Source: Eledone cirrhosa | Lineage: Eukaryota | NCBI GenBank assembly: GCA_964016885.1 | Contig: OZ024763.1 | Span: 19,282,001 to 19,346,000 of the forward strand | Direction of reading: 5' to 3' | Length of the DNA stretch: 64,000 nt | Part shown: piece by piece, positions 1-14,158 of the stretch | How positions within the stretch are numbered: the stretch's first letter is position 1 | Layout of the letters: every line of letters starts with the position of its first letter | Notes under the pieces: generated by a model | Seen by the model: the letters and a program-made list of their open reading frames with translations, nothing else | What the model was told of the DNA's origin: nothing | Database searches by the model: none | Position numbers and translations under genes: made by a program

Positions 1-64
1 ATATATATATATATATATACATATTGAATTCAAAAGAATCAAAGCTATGTTCAAAACATTTATT

Positions 65-110
65 CGCTGACAATTGTTTCTTCCAAACCTAAGCTTGGAC
101 CTTCGGAGCA
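65..110 (-). ncRNA. Minimal type I hammerhead ribozyme-like motif (variant core), Penelope-type
   Basis: Minus strand reads TGCT-CCGAAGG-TCCAAGC(TTAG)GTTTGGA-A-GAAA-CAATTG-TC-AGCG. Stem I TGCT/AGCG, 7-bp stem II, palindromic helix III ACAATTGT, GUC triplet. Core deviates from CUGANGA. Confidence 0.6.
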
Positions 111-519
111 TGTTTACTGTTTGTACATATAATTGACCTCCTACTCAACGTAGGAGACATACAGATACATATATATATATATAATATATATATATTGATG
201 TAGAGTGTGGAGTTGATGCGACATATATTATATTATACTATATTTTGTACAGTAATTCAAATTAAGATTAAAATCAAAATTTAAAAACAAGATTAATAAA
301 AAACAACATATATATATATATTGTTATACTTGGGGAGGGTCATATTTGTGTAATATTGCCAGAATCAATAACAGAACACACTCACTGTTTGGTTGGTTTT
401 CGCTTCGGTGTCTTTTATATCGGTAATCTAATTTATTCGGTCCGCAATGTTGCCATTGACTGACAAACGGTCAAAAATAATACAGATACAATATAGACAC
501 AAACACATATATATAGTTT

Positions 520-1027
<508 letters not shown>

Positions 1028-1064
1028 AATATATATATGTATGTATATATGTATATATATATTT

Positions 1065-1127
1065 GTAGAGAAGACTGAGGTTAGCTGGACATGCTCACCG
1101 ACATCCAGAGTTGACATTGCACCCAGT
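1065..1127 (+). mobile_element. ~60-bp RTE LINE fragment ([17 protein letters not shown]) in (TA)n
   Basis: Near-identical to the reverse complement of ~9675-9735. Confidence 0.85.
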
Positions 1128-1149
1128 TAAGATATATATATATATATAT

Positions 1150-1214
<65 letters not shown>

Positions 1215-1215
<1 letters not shown>

Positions 1216-1460
1216 CGGTGGTAGTGGTCGTGGTGGTGTAGTGGTGGTAGCGGTGGTGGTGGTGGTAGTATAGTGGTGGTGGTGGTGGTGTAGTGATGTT
1301 AGCGGTGGTGGTGGTGTAGTGATGTTAGCGGTGGTGGTGGTGGTGGTGTGATGGTAGTTGTGGTGGTGGTGATGGTAGTGGTGGTGGTGGTGATGGTGGC
1401 GGCGGCGGTGGTGGTGTAGTGGTGGTGGTGGTGGTGGTGGTGGTAGTGGTGGTGTTGGTT
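1215..1460. repeat. Imperfect (GGT)n microsatellite
   Basis: Direct reading. Confidence 0.95.
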
Positions 1461-1654
1461 GCAGTAGTAGATTGAGGCCATGAAAAAGAAGAAGAAAACA
1501 TAATTCTACTGGTAGTCACTAGAGACAGATTAAGATAACATGAGATCTCATTCCGGCTCAAATTTTCGTCGGAGGTCCTTGTTGAATGTCTGTGGTAGCA
1601 AGTAATTACTTTGATACGCTTTAACGCTTATGATACTAACCTAGACAGCATAAC

Positions 1655-4600
1655 CACCACTGGTACTATGTAACAAACCCACCTCTGGTACTATGTAACA
1701 AACCACCTCTGGTACTATGTAACAAACCCACCCCTGGTACTATGTAACAAACCCACCTCTAGTACTATGTAACAAACCACCTCTGGTACTATGTAACAAA
1801 ACCACCCCTGGTACTATGTAACAAACCCACCTCTGGTACTATGTAACAAACCCACCTCTGGTACTATGTAACAAACCTACCCTTGGTAATATGTAACAAA
1901 ACCACCCCTATTACTATGTAACAAACCCACACATGGTACTATGTAACATACCCACTTCTGGTACTATGTAACAAACCCACCTCTGGTACTATGTCACAAT
2001 ACCACCTCTGGTCCTATGTAACAAAACCACCCCTGGTACTATGTAATAAAACCACCTCTGGTACTATGTAACAAACCCACCTCTGGTACTATGTAACAAA
2101 ACCACCTCTGGTACTATGTAACAAAACCACCTCTGGTACTATGTAATAAAACCACCTCTGGTTCTATGTAACAAACCCACCTCTGGTACTATGTAACAAA
2201 CCCACCTCTGGTACTATGTAACAAACCCACCTCTGGTACTATGTAATAAAACCACCTCTGGTACTATGTAATAAAACCACCTCTGGTTCTATGTAACAAA
2301 CCCATCTCTGGTACTATGTAAAAAAAACCACCTCTGGTACTATATAACAAACCCACCTCTGGTACTATGTAATAAAACCACCTCTGGTACTATGTAACAA
2401 ACCCACCTCTGGTACTATGTAACAAAACCACCCCTGGTATTATGTAACAAACCCACCTCTGGTACTATGTAACAAACCCACCCCTGGTACTATGTAACAA
2501 ACCCACCTCTAGTACTATGTAACAAACCACCTCTGGTACTATGTAACAAAACCACCCCTGGTACTATGTAACAAACACACCCCTATTACTATGTAACAAA
2601 CCCACCTCTGGTACTATGTAACAAACCCACCTCTGGTACTATGTCACAATACCACCTCTGGTACTATGTAACTAACTCACCTCTGGTACTATGTAACAAA
2701 CCCACACCTGGTACTATGTAATAAAACCACCTCTGGTACTATGTAACAAACCCACCTCTGGTACTATGTAACAAAACCACCTCTGGTACTATGTAACAAA
2801 ACCACCTCTGGTACTATGTAACAAACCCACCTCTGGTACTATGTAACAAACCCACCCTTGATACTATGTAACAAACCCACCTCTGGTACTATGTAACAAA
2901 CCCACTTCTGGTACTATGTAACAAACCCATCTCTGGTACTATGTAATAAAACCACCCCTGGTACTATGTAACAAACCACACCTCTGGTACTATGTAATAA
3001 AACCACCTCTGGTTCTATGTAACAAACCCACCCCTGGTACTATGTAATAAACCCACCTCTGGTACTATGTAATAAAACCACCTCTGGTACTATGTAACAA
3101 AACCACCTCTGGTACTATGTAACAAAACCACCCCTGGTCCTATGTAATAAAACCACCCCTGGTACTATGTAACAATCCCACCTCTGGTACTATGTAACAA
3201 ACCACCTCTGGTACTATGTAACAAAACCACCCCTGGTACTATGTAACAAACCCACCTCTGGTACTATGTAACAGTACCACCCCTGGTACTATGTAACAAA
3301 CCCACCCCTGGTACTATGTAACAAACCCACTCCTGGTACTATGTAACAATACCACCCCTGGTACTGTGTAACAAACCCACCTCTGGTACTATGTAACAAA
3401 CCCACCTCTGGTACTATGTAATAAAACCAGCTGTGGTACTATGTAACAAACCCACCTCTGGTACTATGTACCAAACCCACCTCTGGTACTATGTAACAAA
3501 CCCACCTCTGGTACTATGTAACAAAACCACCTCTGGTACTATGTAACAAACCCACATCTGGTACTATGTAACAAAACCAGCTCTGGTACTATGTAACAAA
3601 CCCACTCTGGTACTATGTAACAAAACCACCTCTGGTACTATGTAACAAACCCACATCTGGTACTATGTAACAAACCGACTCCTGGTACTATGTAACAATA
3701 CCACCCATGGTACTGTGTAACAAACCCACCTCTGGTACTATGTAACAAACCCACCTCTGGTACTATGTAATAAAACCACCTGTGGTACTATGTAACAAAC
3801 CCACCTCTGGTACTATGTAACAAACCCACGTCTGGTACTATGTACCAAACCCACCTCTGGTACTATGTAACAAACCCACCTCTGGTACTATGTAACAAAA
3901 CCACCTCTGGTACTATGTAACAAACCCATCTCTGGTACTATGTAAAAAAAACCACCTCTGGTACTATATAACAAACCCACCTCTGGTACTATGTAATAAA
4001 ACCACCTCTGGTACTATGTAACAAACCCACCTCCGGTACTATGTAACAAAACCACCCCTGGTATTATGTAACAAACCCACCTCTGGTACTATGTAACAAA
4101 CCCACCTCTGGTAGTATGTAACAAACCCACCCCTGGTAATATGTAACAAACCCACCCCTATTACTATGTAACAAACCCACCTCTGGTACTATGTAACAAA
4201 CCCACCTCTGGTACTATGTAACAAAACCAGCTCTGGTACTATGTAACAAACCCACTCTGGTACTATGTAACAAAACCACCTCTGGTACTATGTAACAAAC
4301 CCATCTCTGGTACTATGTAAAAAAAACCACCTCTGGTACTATATAACAAACCCACCTCTGGTACTATGTAATAAAACCACCTCTGGTACTATGTAACAAA
4401 CCCACCTCTGGTACTATGTAACAAAACCACCCCTGGTATTATGTAACAAACCCACCTCTGGTACTATGTAACAAACCCACCTCTGGTAGTATGTAACAAA
4501 CCCACCCCTGGTAATATGTAACAAACCCACCCCTATTACTATGTAACAAACCCACCTCTGGTACTATGTAACAAACCCACCTCTGGTACTATGTAACAAA

Positions 4601-7480
4601 CCCACCTCTGGTACTATGTCACAATACCACCTCTGGTACTATGTAACTAACCCACCTCTGGTACTATGTAACAAACCCACACCTGGTACTATGTAATAAA
4701 ACCACCTCTGGTACTATGTAACAAACCCACCTCTGGTACTATGTAACAAAACCACCTCTAGTACTATGTAACAAAACCACCTCTGGTACTATGTAACAAA
4801 CCCACCTCTGGTACTATGTAACAAACCCACCCTTGGTACTATGTAACAAACCCACCTCTGGTACTATGTAACAAACCCACTTCTGGTACTATGTAACAAA
4901 CCCACCTCTGGTACTATGTAATAAAACCACCCCTGGTACTATGTAACAAACCACACCTCTGGTACTATGTAATAAAACCACCTCTGGTTCTATGTAATAA
5001 ACCCACCTCTGGTACTATGTAATAAAACCACCTCTGGTACTATGTAACAAAACCACCTCTGGTACTATGTAACAAAACCACCCCTGGTACTATGTAACAA
5101 ACCCACCTCTGGTACTATGTAACAGTACCACCCCTGGTACTATGTAACAAACCCACCCCTGGTACTATGTAACAAACCCACTCCTGGTACTATGTAACAA
5201 TACCACCCCTGGTACTGTGTAACAAACCCACCTCTGGTACTATGTAACAAACCCACCTCTGGTACTATGTAATAAAACCACCTGTGGTACTATGTAACAA
5301 ACCCACCTCTGGTACTATGTACCAAACCCACCTCTGGTACTATCTAACAAACCCACCTCTGGTACTATGTAACAAAACCACCTCTGGTACTATGTAACAA
5401 ACCCACATCTGGTACTATGTAACAAAACCAGCTCTGGTACTATGTAACAAACCCACTCTGGTACTATGTAACAAAACCACCTCTGGTACTATGTAACAAT
5501 ACCACCCTGTACTATGTAACAGTACCACCCCTGGTACTATGTAACAAACCCACCCCTGGTACTATGTAACAAACCCACCTCTGGTACTATGTAATAAAAC
5601 CACCCCTGGTACTATGTAACAAACCCACTCCTGGTACTATGTAACAATACCATCCCTGGTACTGTGTAACAAACCCACCTCTGGTACTATGTAACAAACC
5701 CACCTCTGGTACTATGTAATATAACCACCTCTGGTACTATGTAACAAACCCACCTCTGGTACTATGTAACAAACCCACTTCTGGTACTATCTAACAAACC
5801 CACCTCTGGTACTATGTAACAAAACCACCTCTGGTACTATGTAACAAACCCACATCTGGTACTATGTAACAAACCCACCCCTGGTACTATGTAACAAACC
5901 TACCCCTGGTACTATGTAACAAACCTCCCTCTGGTACTATGTAACAAACCCACTTTTGGTACTATGTAACAAACCCACCTCTGGTACTATGTAACACACC
6001 CACACCTGGTACTATGTAACAAACCCACCTCTTGTACTATGTAACAAACCCAGCTCTGGTACTATGTAACAAACCCACCTCTGGTACTATGTAACAAACC
6101 CACCTCTTGTACTATGTAACAAACCTCCCTCTGGTACTATGTAACAAACCCACTTTTGGTACTATGTAACAAACCCACCTCTGGTACTATGTAACAAACC
6201 CACCTCTGGTACTATGTAACAAACCCACCTCTTGTACTATGTAACAAACCCACCTCTGGTACTATGTAACAAAACCACCCCTGGTACTATGTAAGAAACC
6301 CACCTCTGGTACTATGTAACAAACCTCCCACTGGTACTATGTAACAAACCCACTTCTGGTACTATGTAACAAACCCACCCCTGGTACTATGTAACAAACC
6401 CACATCTGGTACTATGTAACAAACCTCCCTCTGGTACTATGTAACGAACCCACTTCTGGTACTATGTAACAAACCTACCCCTGGTACTATGTAACAAACC
6501 TCCCTCTGGTACTATGTAACAAACCCACTTTTGGTACTATGTAACAAACCCACCCCTGGTACTATGTAACACACCCACACCTGGTACTATGTAATAAAAC
6601 CACCTCTGGTACTATGTATAAAACCACCTCTGGTACTATGTAATAAAACCACCCCTGGTACTATGTAACAAACCCACCTCTGGTACTATGTAACAAACCC
6701 ACCTCTGGTACTATGTAACAAACCCACCTCTGGTACTATGTAACTAACCCACCTCTGGTACTATGTAACAAACCCACCTCTGGTACTATGTAACAAACCC
6801 ACCCCTGGTACTATGTAACAAACCCACACCTGGGACTATGTAATAAAACCACCTCTAGTACTACGTAACAAAACCACCTCTGGTACTATGTAATAAAACC
6901 ACCCCTGGTACTATGTAACAAACCCACCTCTGGTACTATGTAACAAACCCACCTCTGGTACTATGTAACAAACCCACCCCTGGTACTATGTAACAAACCC
7001 ACACCTGGGACTATGTAATAAAACCACCTCTGGTACTATGTAACAAAACCACCTCTGGTACTATGTAATAAAACCACCCCTGGTACTATGTAACAAACCC
7101 ACCTCTGGTACTATGTAACAAACCCACCCCTGGTACTATGTAACAAAACCACCTCTGGTACTATGTAACTAACCCACCTCTGGTACTATGTAACAAACCC
7201 ACACCTGGTACTATGTAACAAACCCACCTCTGGTACTATGTAACAAACCCACCTCTGCTACTATGTAACAAACCCACTTCTGGTACTATGTAACAAACCC
7301 ACCTCTGGTACTATGTAACAAACCCACCCCTGGTACTATGTAACAAACCCACCTCTGCTTCTATGTAACAAACCCACTTCTGGTTCTATGTAAGAAAACC
7401 ACCTCTGGTACTATGTAACAAAACCACCCCTGGTACTATGTAACACAACCACCTCTGGTACTATGTAACAAAACCACCCC
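1655..7480. repeat. 25-bp tandem minisatellite, ~230 copies
   Basis: Unit CTCTGGTACTATGTAACAAACCCAC with recurring variant blocks. Confidence 0.97.
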
Positions 7481-8015
7481 TCGTTCGTGTCTAATAAACC
7501 CACCTCTGCTATGTAACAAACACACCTCTGGTTCTATGTAACAAACTAGTCATGGTACTACGTAACACAACTGGCTCTGGTTCTATGAAACGAGGTTAGT
7601 TCTGATTCTCTGAAACCAACCAGCTCTTGTTTCTACGTAACAAAACTAGTTCTTGTTTCTATGTAACAAAACTAGCTCTTGTTTCTATGTAACAAAACCA
7701 GCTTTTTTTTCTATGTAACAAAACTAGTTCTTGTTTCTATGTAACAAAACTAGTTCTTGTTTCTATGTAACAAAACTAGCTCTTGTTTCTATGTAACAAA
7801 ACTAGCTTTGGCTAGTTAAAAAAAAAGCAGTGGTTCTATTAGAAAAAACAGCTCTGATTTTATGTAACAAAACCGGCTCTGGTTCTGTGAAACGTGGCCA
7901 TTTCTGGTTCTGTGAAACGTGGCCATTTCTGGTTCTGTGAAACGTGACCAGTTCTGGTTCTGTGAATCGAGGCCAGTTCTGATTATATGAAACAAAACCA
8001 GCCCTGGTTCTATGA
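7481..8015. repeat. Diverged 25-26-bp edge units of the satellite
   Basis: Units CTAGTTCTTGTTTCTATGTAACAAAA and TGGCCATTTCTGGTTCTGTGAAACG grade into MITE sequence. Confidence 0.85.
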
Positions 8016-8229
8016 ACTAAACCTACCCATTTTAAAAGGTTCCCCTATAAATTAAAATCTTCTAGCCTAGTTTTATATCGGAACCGTGTATCAAGTTACT
8101 ATTTTTCTAATGAGATGATTAATAATTTTAGTAGATTCCTAAAATTTTGTCATCAATTGATTGAAAAAGTGTGTAATCTACTATTGTATTACATATCCAG
8201 TGTTAATATATTGAACTCCTTGAAATTTA

Positions 8230-9489
8230 CACACTAACATACACACACACACACACGTACACACACACACACGCGTACACACACACACACACGTACACGC
8301 ACACATACGTACACACACACACATACACTAACGTACACACACTAACACACACACGTACACACACATATGTACACTAACGTGCACACACACACACATACAC
8401 ACACACACACGTACGCACACGTACTATACACTAATGTGCACACACTAACACACATACACACACACACGTACATACACACACACACATACACTAACGTACA
8501 CACACTAACACACACACGTACACACACATATGTACACTAACATGCACACACACACATACACACACACATACACACACACACACGTACACACACGTACTAT
8601 ACACTAATGTGCACACACTAACACACATACACACACACACGTACATACACACACACACAAGGATTCAGTTCAGTCATATGGTGACAATCATCTGCAATAA
8701 TATAATACGCTGTGTGTGTGTGTGTGTATATGTATGTATGTCTGTGTGTGTGTATATGTATGTATGTATGTGTGTGTGTATATATATAGAGAGAGATATG
8801 TATGTATGTGTGTGTGTATATATATAAATATGTATGTGTGTGTGTGTTTATATATATATAAATATGTATGTGTGTGCGTGCGTATATATATATATATATA
8901 AATATGTATGTGTGCGTATATATATATAAATATGTATGTGTGTGTGTATATATATAAATATGTATGTGGGTGTGTGTGTATATATATATGTATGTGTGTG
9001 TATGTATGTATATAAATATGTGTGTGTGTGTATATATAAATATGTATGTGTGTGTATATATATAAATATGTGTGTGTGTGTATATGTATAAATATGTATG
9101 TGTGTGTGTGGATATATAAATATGTATGTGTATGTGTGTGTGTGTGTGTATATATATATAAATATGTATGTGTGTGTGTATATATAAATATGTATGTGTG
9201 TATATATATAAATATGTATGTGTGTGTGTGTATATATAAATATGTATGTGTGTATATATATCAATATGTATGTGTGTGTGTGTATATATATATAAATATG
9301 TATGTGTGTGTGTATATATAAATATGTATGTGTGTGTATATATATATAAATATGTATGTGTGTGTGTATATATAAATATGTATGTGTGTGTATATATATA
9401 TAAATATGTATGTGTGTGTGCATATATATATATAAATATGTATGTATGTGTGTGTGCGTATATATAAATATGTATGTGTGTGTGTATAT
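8230..9489. repeat. (CA)n-rich tract, then compound (TG)n(TA)nAATATGTA minisatellite
   Basis: Direct reading. The same compound unit resumes at 11700. Confidence 0.95.
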
Positions 9490-11697
9490 CTATCTAAGGC
9501 GGGTAAAATTCCCGAGACCCATGGACGAGTTCTCTCCAGCGGTCTCTGTCCCTCATTATCGCTGCCATGTCCGGCGTCTCCAACAGACCAGTGTCTGTCC
9601 TTAGGGCATCAACATACGTTAACCTTGGTCTTCCTCTTCTAGTGTGTCCATGTAGGGGCTCCCACAGGAGCACTGAGTGCAATGTCAACTCTGGATGTCG
9701 GTGAGCATGTCCAGCTAACCTCAGTCTCCTCTGTGTCACTTTTGAGCTGACTTTTGGCATGCTCCCATACAGTGCTGAGTTTTTCATCCTCAGTGTATAC
9801 TGATTAATGTTCAGAGCCATCCTCAGCATTCTCGTGTAGCACCCATCCACCATCTGAGTGAGTTTCTTGATCAGTGTCCAAGTCTCAGACCCATACAGCA
9901 GCACAGACTCCACTACAGCAATGAAGAGGCGGATTTTCAGGTCATTACGAAGGTCCGACTTCCACACCGATCTCAAGCTGTGGCACGCCACCCAGGCTTT
10001 GCTCTTCCTCTCAACCACATCATCTTCCGTATTCCCACTCTTTGCTCCCAAATACAGGAAGCCCTCAACCAATTCTAGCGGCTTCCCGCCTACATTAGTG
10101 ATCCCCTCTGGCTTCTCAACATTCTCTACCAGATATTTTGTTTTAGTCTCATTCATTCTCAGCTCCACACTCATCGACAAGTCTCAACCTCCTGCATCAA
10201 ATCCTCTTCCTCCTTCACTGTATTTGTCACCAAAACTATGTCGTCGGCAAATTCAGCATCCGATACCTTTTTCGCCTTAACTCTCCTGCTCTGAGCCGGT
10301 GCTACAGTAAAGCCAGAGTCCTGGTGTTTCTCCAGTGCAAGGCGCATACAATAGTCCACTACGATGATAAAAAGGTAGGGAGCCAATGCATCTCCATGGA
10401 GCACTCCAACCAATATCTCAAAGAACTCTGTCATCCCATCAGGTGTAATGACTTGGGCTTTGGTGTTGGTGTAGAGCAGTGATATCAGGTCCACTATCTT
10501 CTTGGGGATTCCATAAGCCTGTAAGATCTTCATCAGGCAGTGACGGTCCACAGAATCAAAGGCCTTTCTAAAGTCTATGAAAAGCATGACCGCAGGAAGG
10601 CACTTTGTTCTAGCTCCCTCTAATATCCTCCTCAGCATCAGGATGTGACTGGTGGTTGATCTTCCTCTCTGAAGCCGTTCTGATTGTCCCTGAGCTTCTT
10701 CTCCATCTCAGGCTGGATCCTGTTAAGAATCATTCTGTTGAGGGTCTTTGCCACAAGTGACGTCAGTGAGATCCCCCTGTAGTTGTTGGTGTTAGAGAGA
10801 TCTCCCTTCTCTGGGACGATGTTACTGATCCTCCACTGATTCGGGGAAACTCCTTTCTCCAGTGCCCGGTTACAGAACACCAGGATGATATCATCAAAAT
10901 CACACCTCTGATGCCACTCCATCTTCTCCATGAGCCTTGCCCTCCTGATCCTCTTCTTGGCTCTCTGAAGCTCCTCTCTGGTGAAGGGCTCTGTCTCAAT
11001 ATCCAGTTCCTCAAATAGCCGCCTGATCTCCCCAGTGCTCTGGGCTGTGGAGGGTGGCTCTCCTAGTAGGGTCCTAAAATGGTCTAGCCATTTCCTCTTC
11101 CTATCCTCGGGCCCCGTTCCCTGGATCTGACTCGAACACCTTCTCTTCCTCCCTGTGATCTCGTTGATGATCATCCAGCTCTCCTTACATCCGGATCTGT
11201 CAACCGCTCTCTCCACTTCTGATCTTCTCTATCAGTGCCTCCTCTCTGGCCTCAGTGTAAGCGGTACAGAGTTCTTCCCTCATCACCCCCACAGTCTCCA
11301 TCCACGCCTCCGTAGGATCAGCATAGAATTGGTCCTTGGCAGCTTTCAGGTGTTCTCTGGCTGCACACACTTTTGGGTTTGCAGAGCTGACGTGCTTCCT
11401 TTTGTTCTTTTTCCTCGGCACCAGAGTTTCACTTGCTTTTGCCACTGCATTGGTGAAGTGCCCGTACCTCCTCGTCACACTCTCCTCAGTCCATCCAATC
11501 TCTCTCTCCTCTGACTCTCCACACAGAGCACTGAACCTGTTTCTCACTTCCACTGTGAACCTCTCCTGTAGCTTATCATCTTCCTTGAAAGCTCCCCAGT
11601 AATAGATTGCTCTCCGGGGCCGAGCCTTGCTCTTTCTTAAGCTCACCCGGACCTCACTCATAACCAGCCGGTGGTCACTACCCAGTGTACTGAAATA
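9490..11697 (-). pseudogene. 5'-truncated, frameshifted RTE-superfamily LINE (end of AP endonuclease, RT, C-terminus)
   Basis: Motifs across split ORFs: GSDHRLV, NYRGISLTS, QNGFR, FIDFRKAFDSV, GVLHGDALAPYLF, FADDI, LLYGSETW, LLWEPLHG..RGRP. Confidence 0.93.
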
Positions 11698-11699
11698 GT

Positions 11700-12011
11700 T
11701 GTATATATATATAAATATGTATGTATGTGTGTGTGTATATATATATAAATATGTATGTATGTGTGTGTGTATATATATATATAAATATGTATGTATGTGT
11801 GTGTGTATATATATATATAAATATGTATGTGTGTGTGTGTGTATATATATATATAAATATGTATGTATGTGTGTGTGTGTGTATATATATATAAATATGT
11901 ATGTATGTGTGTGTGTGTATATATATATATAAATATGTATGTGTGTGTGTGTGTATATATATATATAAATATGTATGTGTGTGTGTGTGTATATATATAT
12001 ATAAATATGTA

Positions 12012-12042
<31 letters not shown>

Positions 12043-12156
12043 ATATGTATGTGTGTATATATATATATATAAATATGTATGTATGTGTGTGTGAAAAAGA
12101 GAGAGAGAGAGTCCCTGGTTCAATCGAGGATCAATGTGTATATATATAAATATGTA

Positions 12157-12213
<57 letters not shown>

Positions 12214-12256
12214 AGAGAGAGAGAGAGAGAGGGGGAGAGAGAGAGAGAGAGAGAGA
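11700..12256. repeat. Compound (TG)n(TA)n minisatellite and (GA)n
   Basis: Direct reading. Confidence 0.95.
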
Positions 12257-12684
12257 AATCAGTGATGCACCGGAACTCAATTTATTGCGTGTTACAATTG
12301 TTTCCCCCGGCGAACAGCTCGAGGTGCGACCTGTTTGTGGATCGAACCTGGCTCTTGATTCGTAAGTTCCTCAGATACGTCTAGTGGTGGTGTCGAAGCA
12401 AATCCTCTTTCTGTTGGACTCCCACCCTTAGAATTTCTAACATCTCGAACTCTTGACCAAACGACGGGCCGCACAAACATATATATATATAAGAGGGTGT
12501 TAAAGTTTGCTTGAAGCATTGTGAAATGTGTAAAATACGTAGTTTAGAAAGCCACAACAATGCAGAGGGAAATCTCGAGGTAGGAAGTGAATGATAGATA
12601 AGAGAAATAGGAGAAAGTGAAAATAGAGAGAGACAAAGATGAAAACAAAACAAAGGTAGAAGGGTTACCGTAGTGGAGATTTAA

Positions 12685-12720
12685 TCCCAATATTTCGGGC
12701 TCACGTCCATCAACGGGGGA
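12685..12720 (-). ncRNA. Degenerate minimal hammerhead-like motif in a (TA)n-flanked island (~12490-12765)
   Basis: Minus strand TCCC-CCGTTGA-TGGAC(GTGA)GCCC-GAAATATT-GGGA. Stem I TCCC/GGGA, palindromic AATATT, mutated core. Confidence 0.45.
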
Positions 12721-12811
12721 AAGTTCCAAAGGGGGGGAACAGGCCAAGCGGAGAAAGTTGTTGTATATATATATATATATTTAACATATATATAATTAAA
12801 TATATTTTGAA

Positions 12812-12846
12812 GTGAACGTCACACAACGGGTCACGGGTGGTCTAGT
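12812..12846 (+). mobile_element. Helitron-like 3' terminus
   Basis: ...CAACGGGTCACGGGTGGT-CTAG|T, i.e. a GC-rich subterminal motif followed by CTAG. Confidence 0.4.
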
Positions 12847-12852
12847 ATTATT

Positions 12853-12960
12853 TAAATCTCGCCGATGTTAATTTTTGCCTTTCATCGTTACGGGGTCGAT
12901 AAAATAAAGTACCAGTAATGCACTGGGATAATTGCTGGCCTTGTACCAAAAGTAGAAACA
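12853..12960 (+). mobile_element. 5'-truncated copy of the abundant tRNA-derived SINE
   Basis: TTTGCCTTTCATC..GGGGTCGATAAAATAAAGTACCAGTAATGCACTGGG, matching 26123-26315. Confidence 0.85.
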
Positions 12961-13023
12961 AATATTTAAAACTAGGTCGATACATGAGATAGATACTAAT
13001 AAGGGTATGTAATAATTTTTTTT

Positions 13024-13927
13024 GTAGGGGTTCCCTGAGACATGAAAACCATTTCAAGGGTTCCACAAGGGTAAAAATAAATATGAGAAAGTCTGCCCTA
13101 ACCGTTAATCAATCGTACAGCAATAATAGGATTGTTTGGGGTGGGGTTTATCGCTGTAGTGGTGTTTCGTGTAAACAAAAGGGGGGAGCTTTCCGAGGGT
13201 TATTTGTGCAGAAAGCCCACAAAAGCCACAGTCACCCTGACAGCCAGGGCAAGTGCCCTCCCTAGGTGTCCTCCCTCAAGCTACAGGCACACGTTCAGAG
13301 ATGGTCCATTCACTTAGGCCATTCTCGCCTCTTTCACACACCTTTCAAAAAATTGTTTTGAAGGCAGCACTACCTTCTCCACTGATTTTCCTCTTCAAGT
13401 GAAACTTGAAGAAGTTAATCTGGGGGTCACCGAAGAGATAAGTGCCTTTCAGACGCGTCCTCTATGCGACCTCTTTCACCATGACCACCAGACAGACAGA
13501 CAAAAAAAAAACCCTGCCCTTCCTGGTTAAGGAAGGGCGGTGGGGTGATTTTGAGGATGGACTCAGTTGACAGACGGGTCCGTTCTACACGTGACAGCAA
13601 GTATTCGACATCAACCCACAAGCCAGCGATACTCAGACACTGGACGAATGAGTGAACAACAGTTTCGTCGCCCCACGTACATCTCGGAAATGCCCGGCCG
13701 ACGGCTTTTCCAAGCCTGTAGAGTTTGTATCAGACTGGCAACACTTCCCAGTAGCACTGCCGGGCCAGAGATTTCTGGAAATTATCCATAGGCCCTGGAC
13801 CGATAGATCCGCAAACAAGCCTATTATTGTTGTGCGAGTGGCTTAACGGTTAGGGTAGCGTTTCTCATATTTTTTTTTTACCCTTGTGGAACCCTTCAAA
13901 TAGTTTTCATGTCTCAGGGAATCCCTA
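13024..13927. repeat. ~115-bp inverted repeat pair (13024-13137 / 13813-13927) containing a hAT-MITE-like end
   Basis: GTAGGGGTTCCCTGAGACATGAAAACC...CCCTAACCGTTAA...GGATTGTTT matches the reverse complement of 13813-13927. Confidence 0.85.
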
Positions 13928-14158
13928 CATGGAAGAGCATGGCTAGTTGATTTTCGTCGACGCCAAGAGTTTCCCCAAAATGTCATCTTTTTTACCCATC
14001 ACTAAACCTTTATAGAAGGTCAAGGTGGAGTTTTCATCGATCGTTGTGCCCGATTGGCTGAGGACTGTGAGCGCTTGAGGACATTCTAGCCTCCAAGCGC
14101 TCCCCCTTGGTCTCTGTTTGACCCAGAACTGCAGCTCCTTCAAAGAGACGGGCTGAGG
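13138..14158 (-). pseudogene. L1/Tx1-like ORF2 C-terminal fragment with 3' UTR, interrupted at 13813-13927
   Basis: Minus-strand frames give STLTFYKGLV..DDILG, GPMDNFQKSLARQCYWEVLPV*YKL..PRC..DETVVHSFVQC (zf-RVT-like) and INFFKFHLKRKI..FERCVKEARMA. Stops and frameshifts present. Confidence 0.65.

Larger units (their letters stand above)
1621..8206 (+). mobile_element. TTAA-ended AT-rich MITE-like element hosting the 25-bp satellite
   Basis: Begins TTAACGCTTATGATACTAACC. 7990-8175 aligns by eye with the dispersed element at 27331-27500 and 27840-28036, which ends AAAAGGGTTAA. Confidence 0.55.

Noticed and set aside
9858-11602. Plus-strand ORFs over the LINE
   Set aside because: Antisense shadow frames of RTE ORF2.
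13093-13105. Telomere-like CCCTAA/TTAGGG
   Set aside because: Single hexamers within the inverted repeat arms, with no array.
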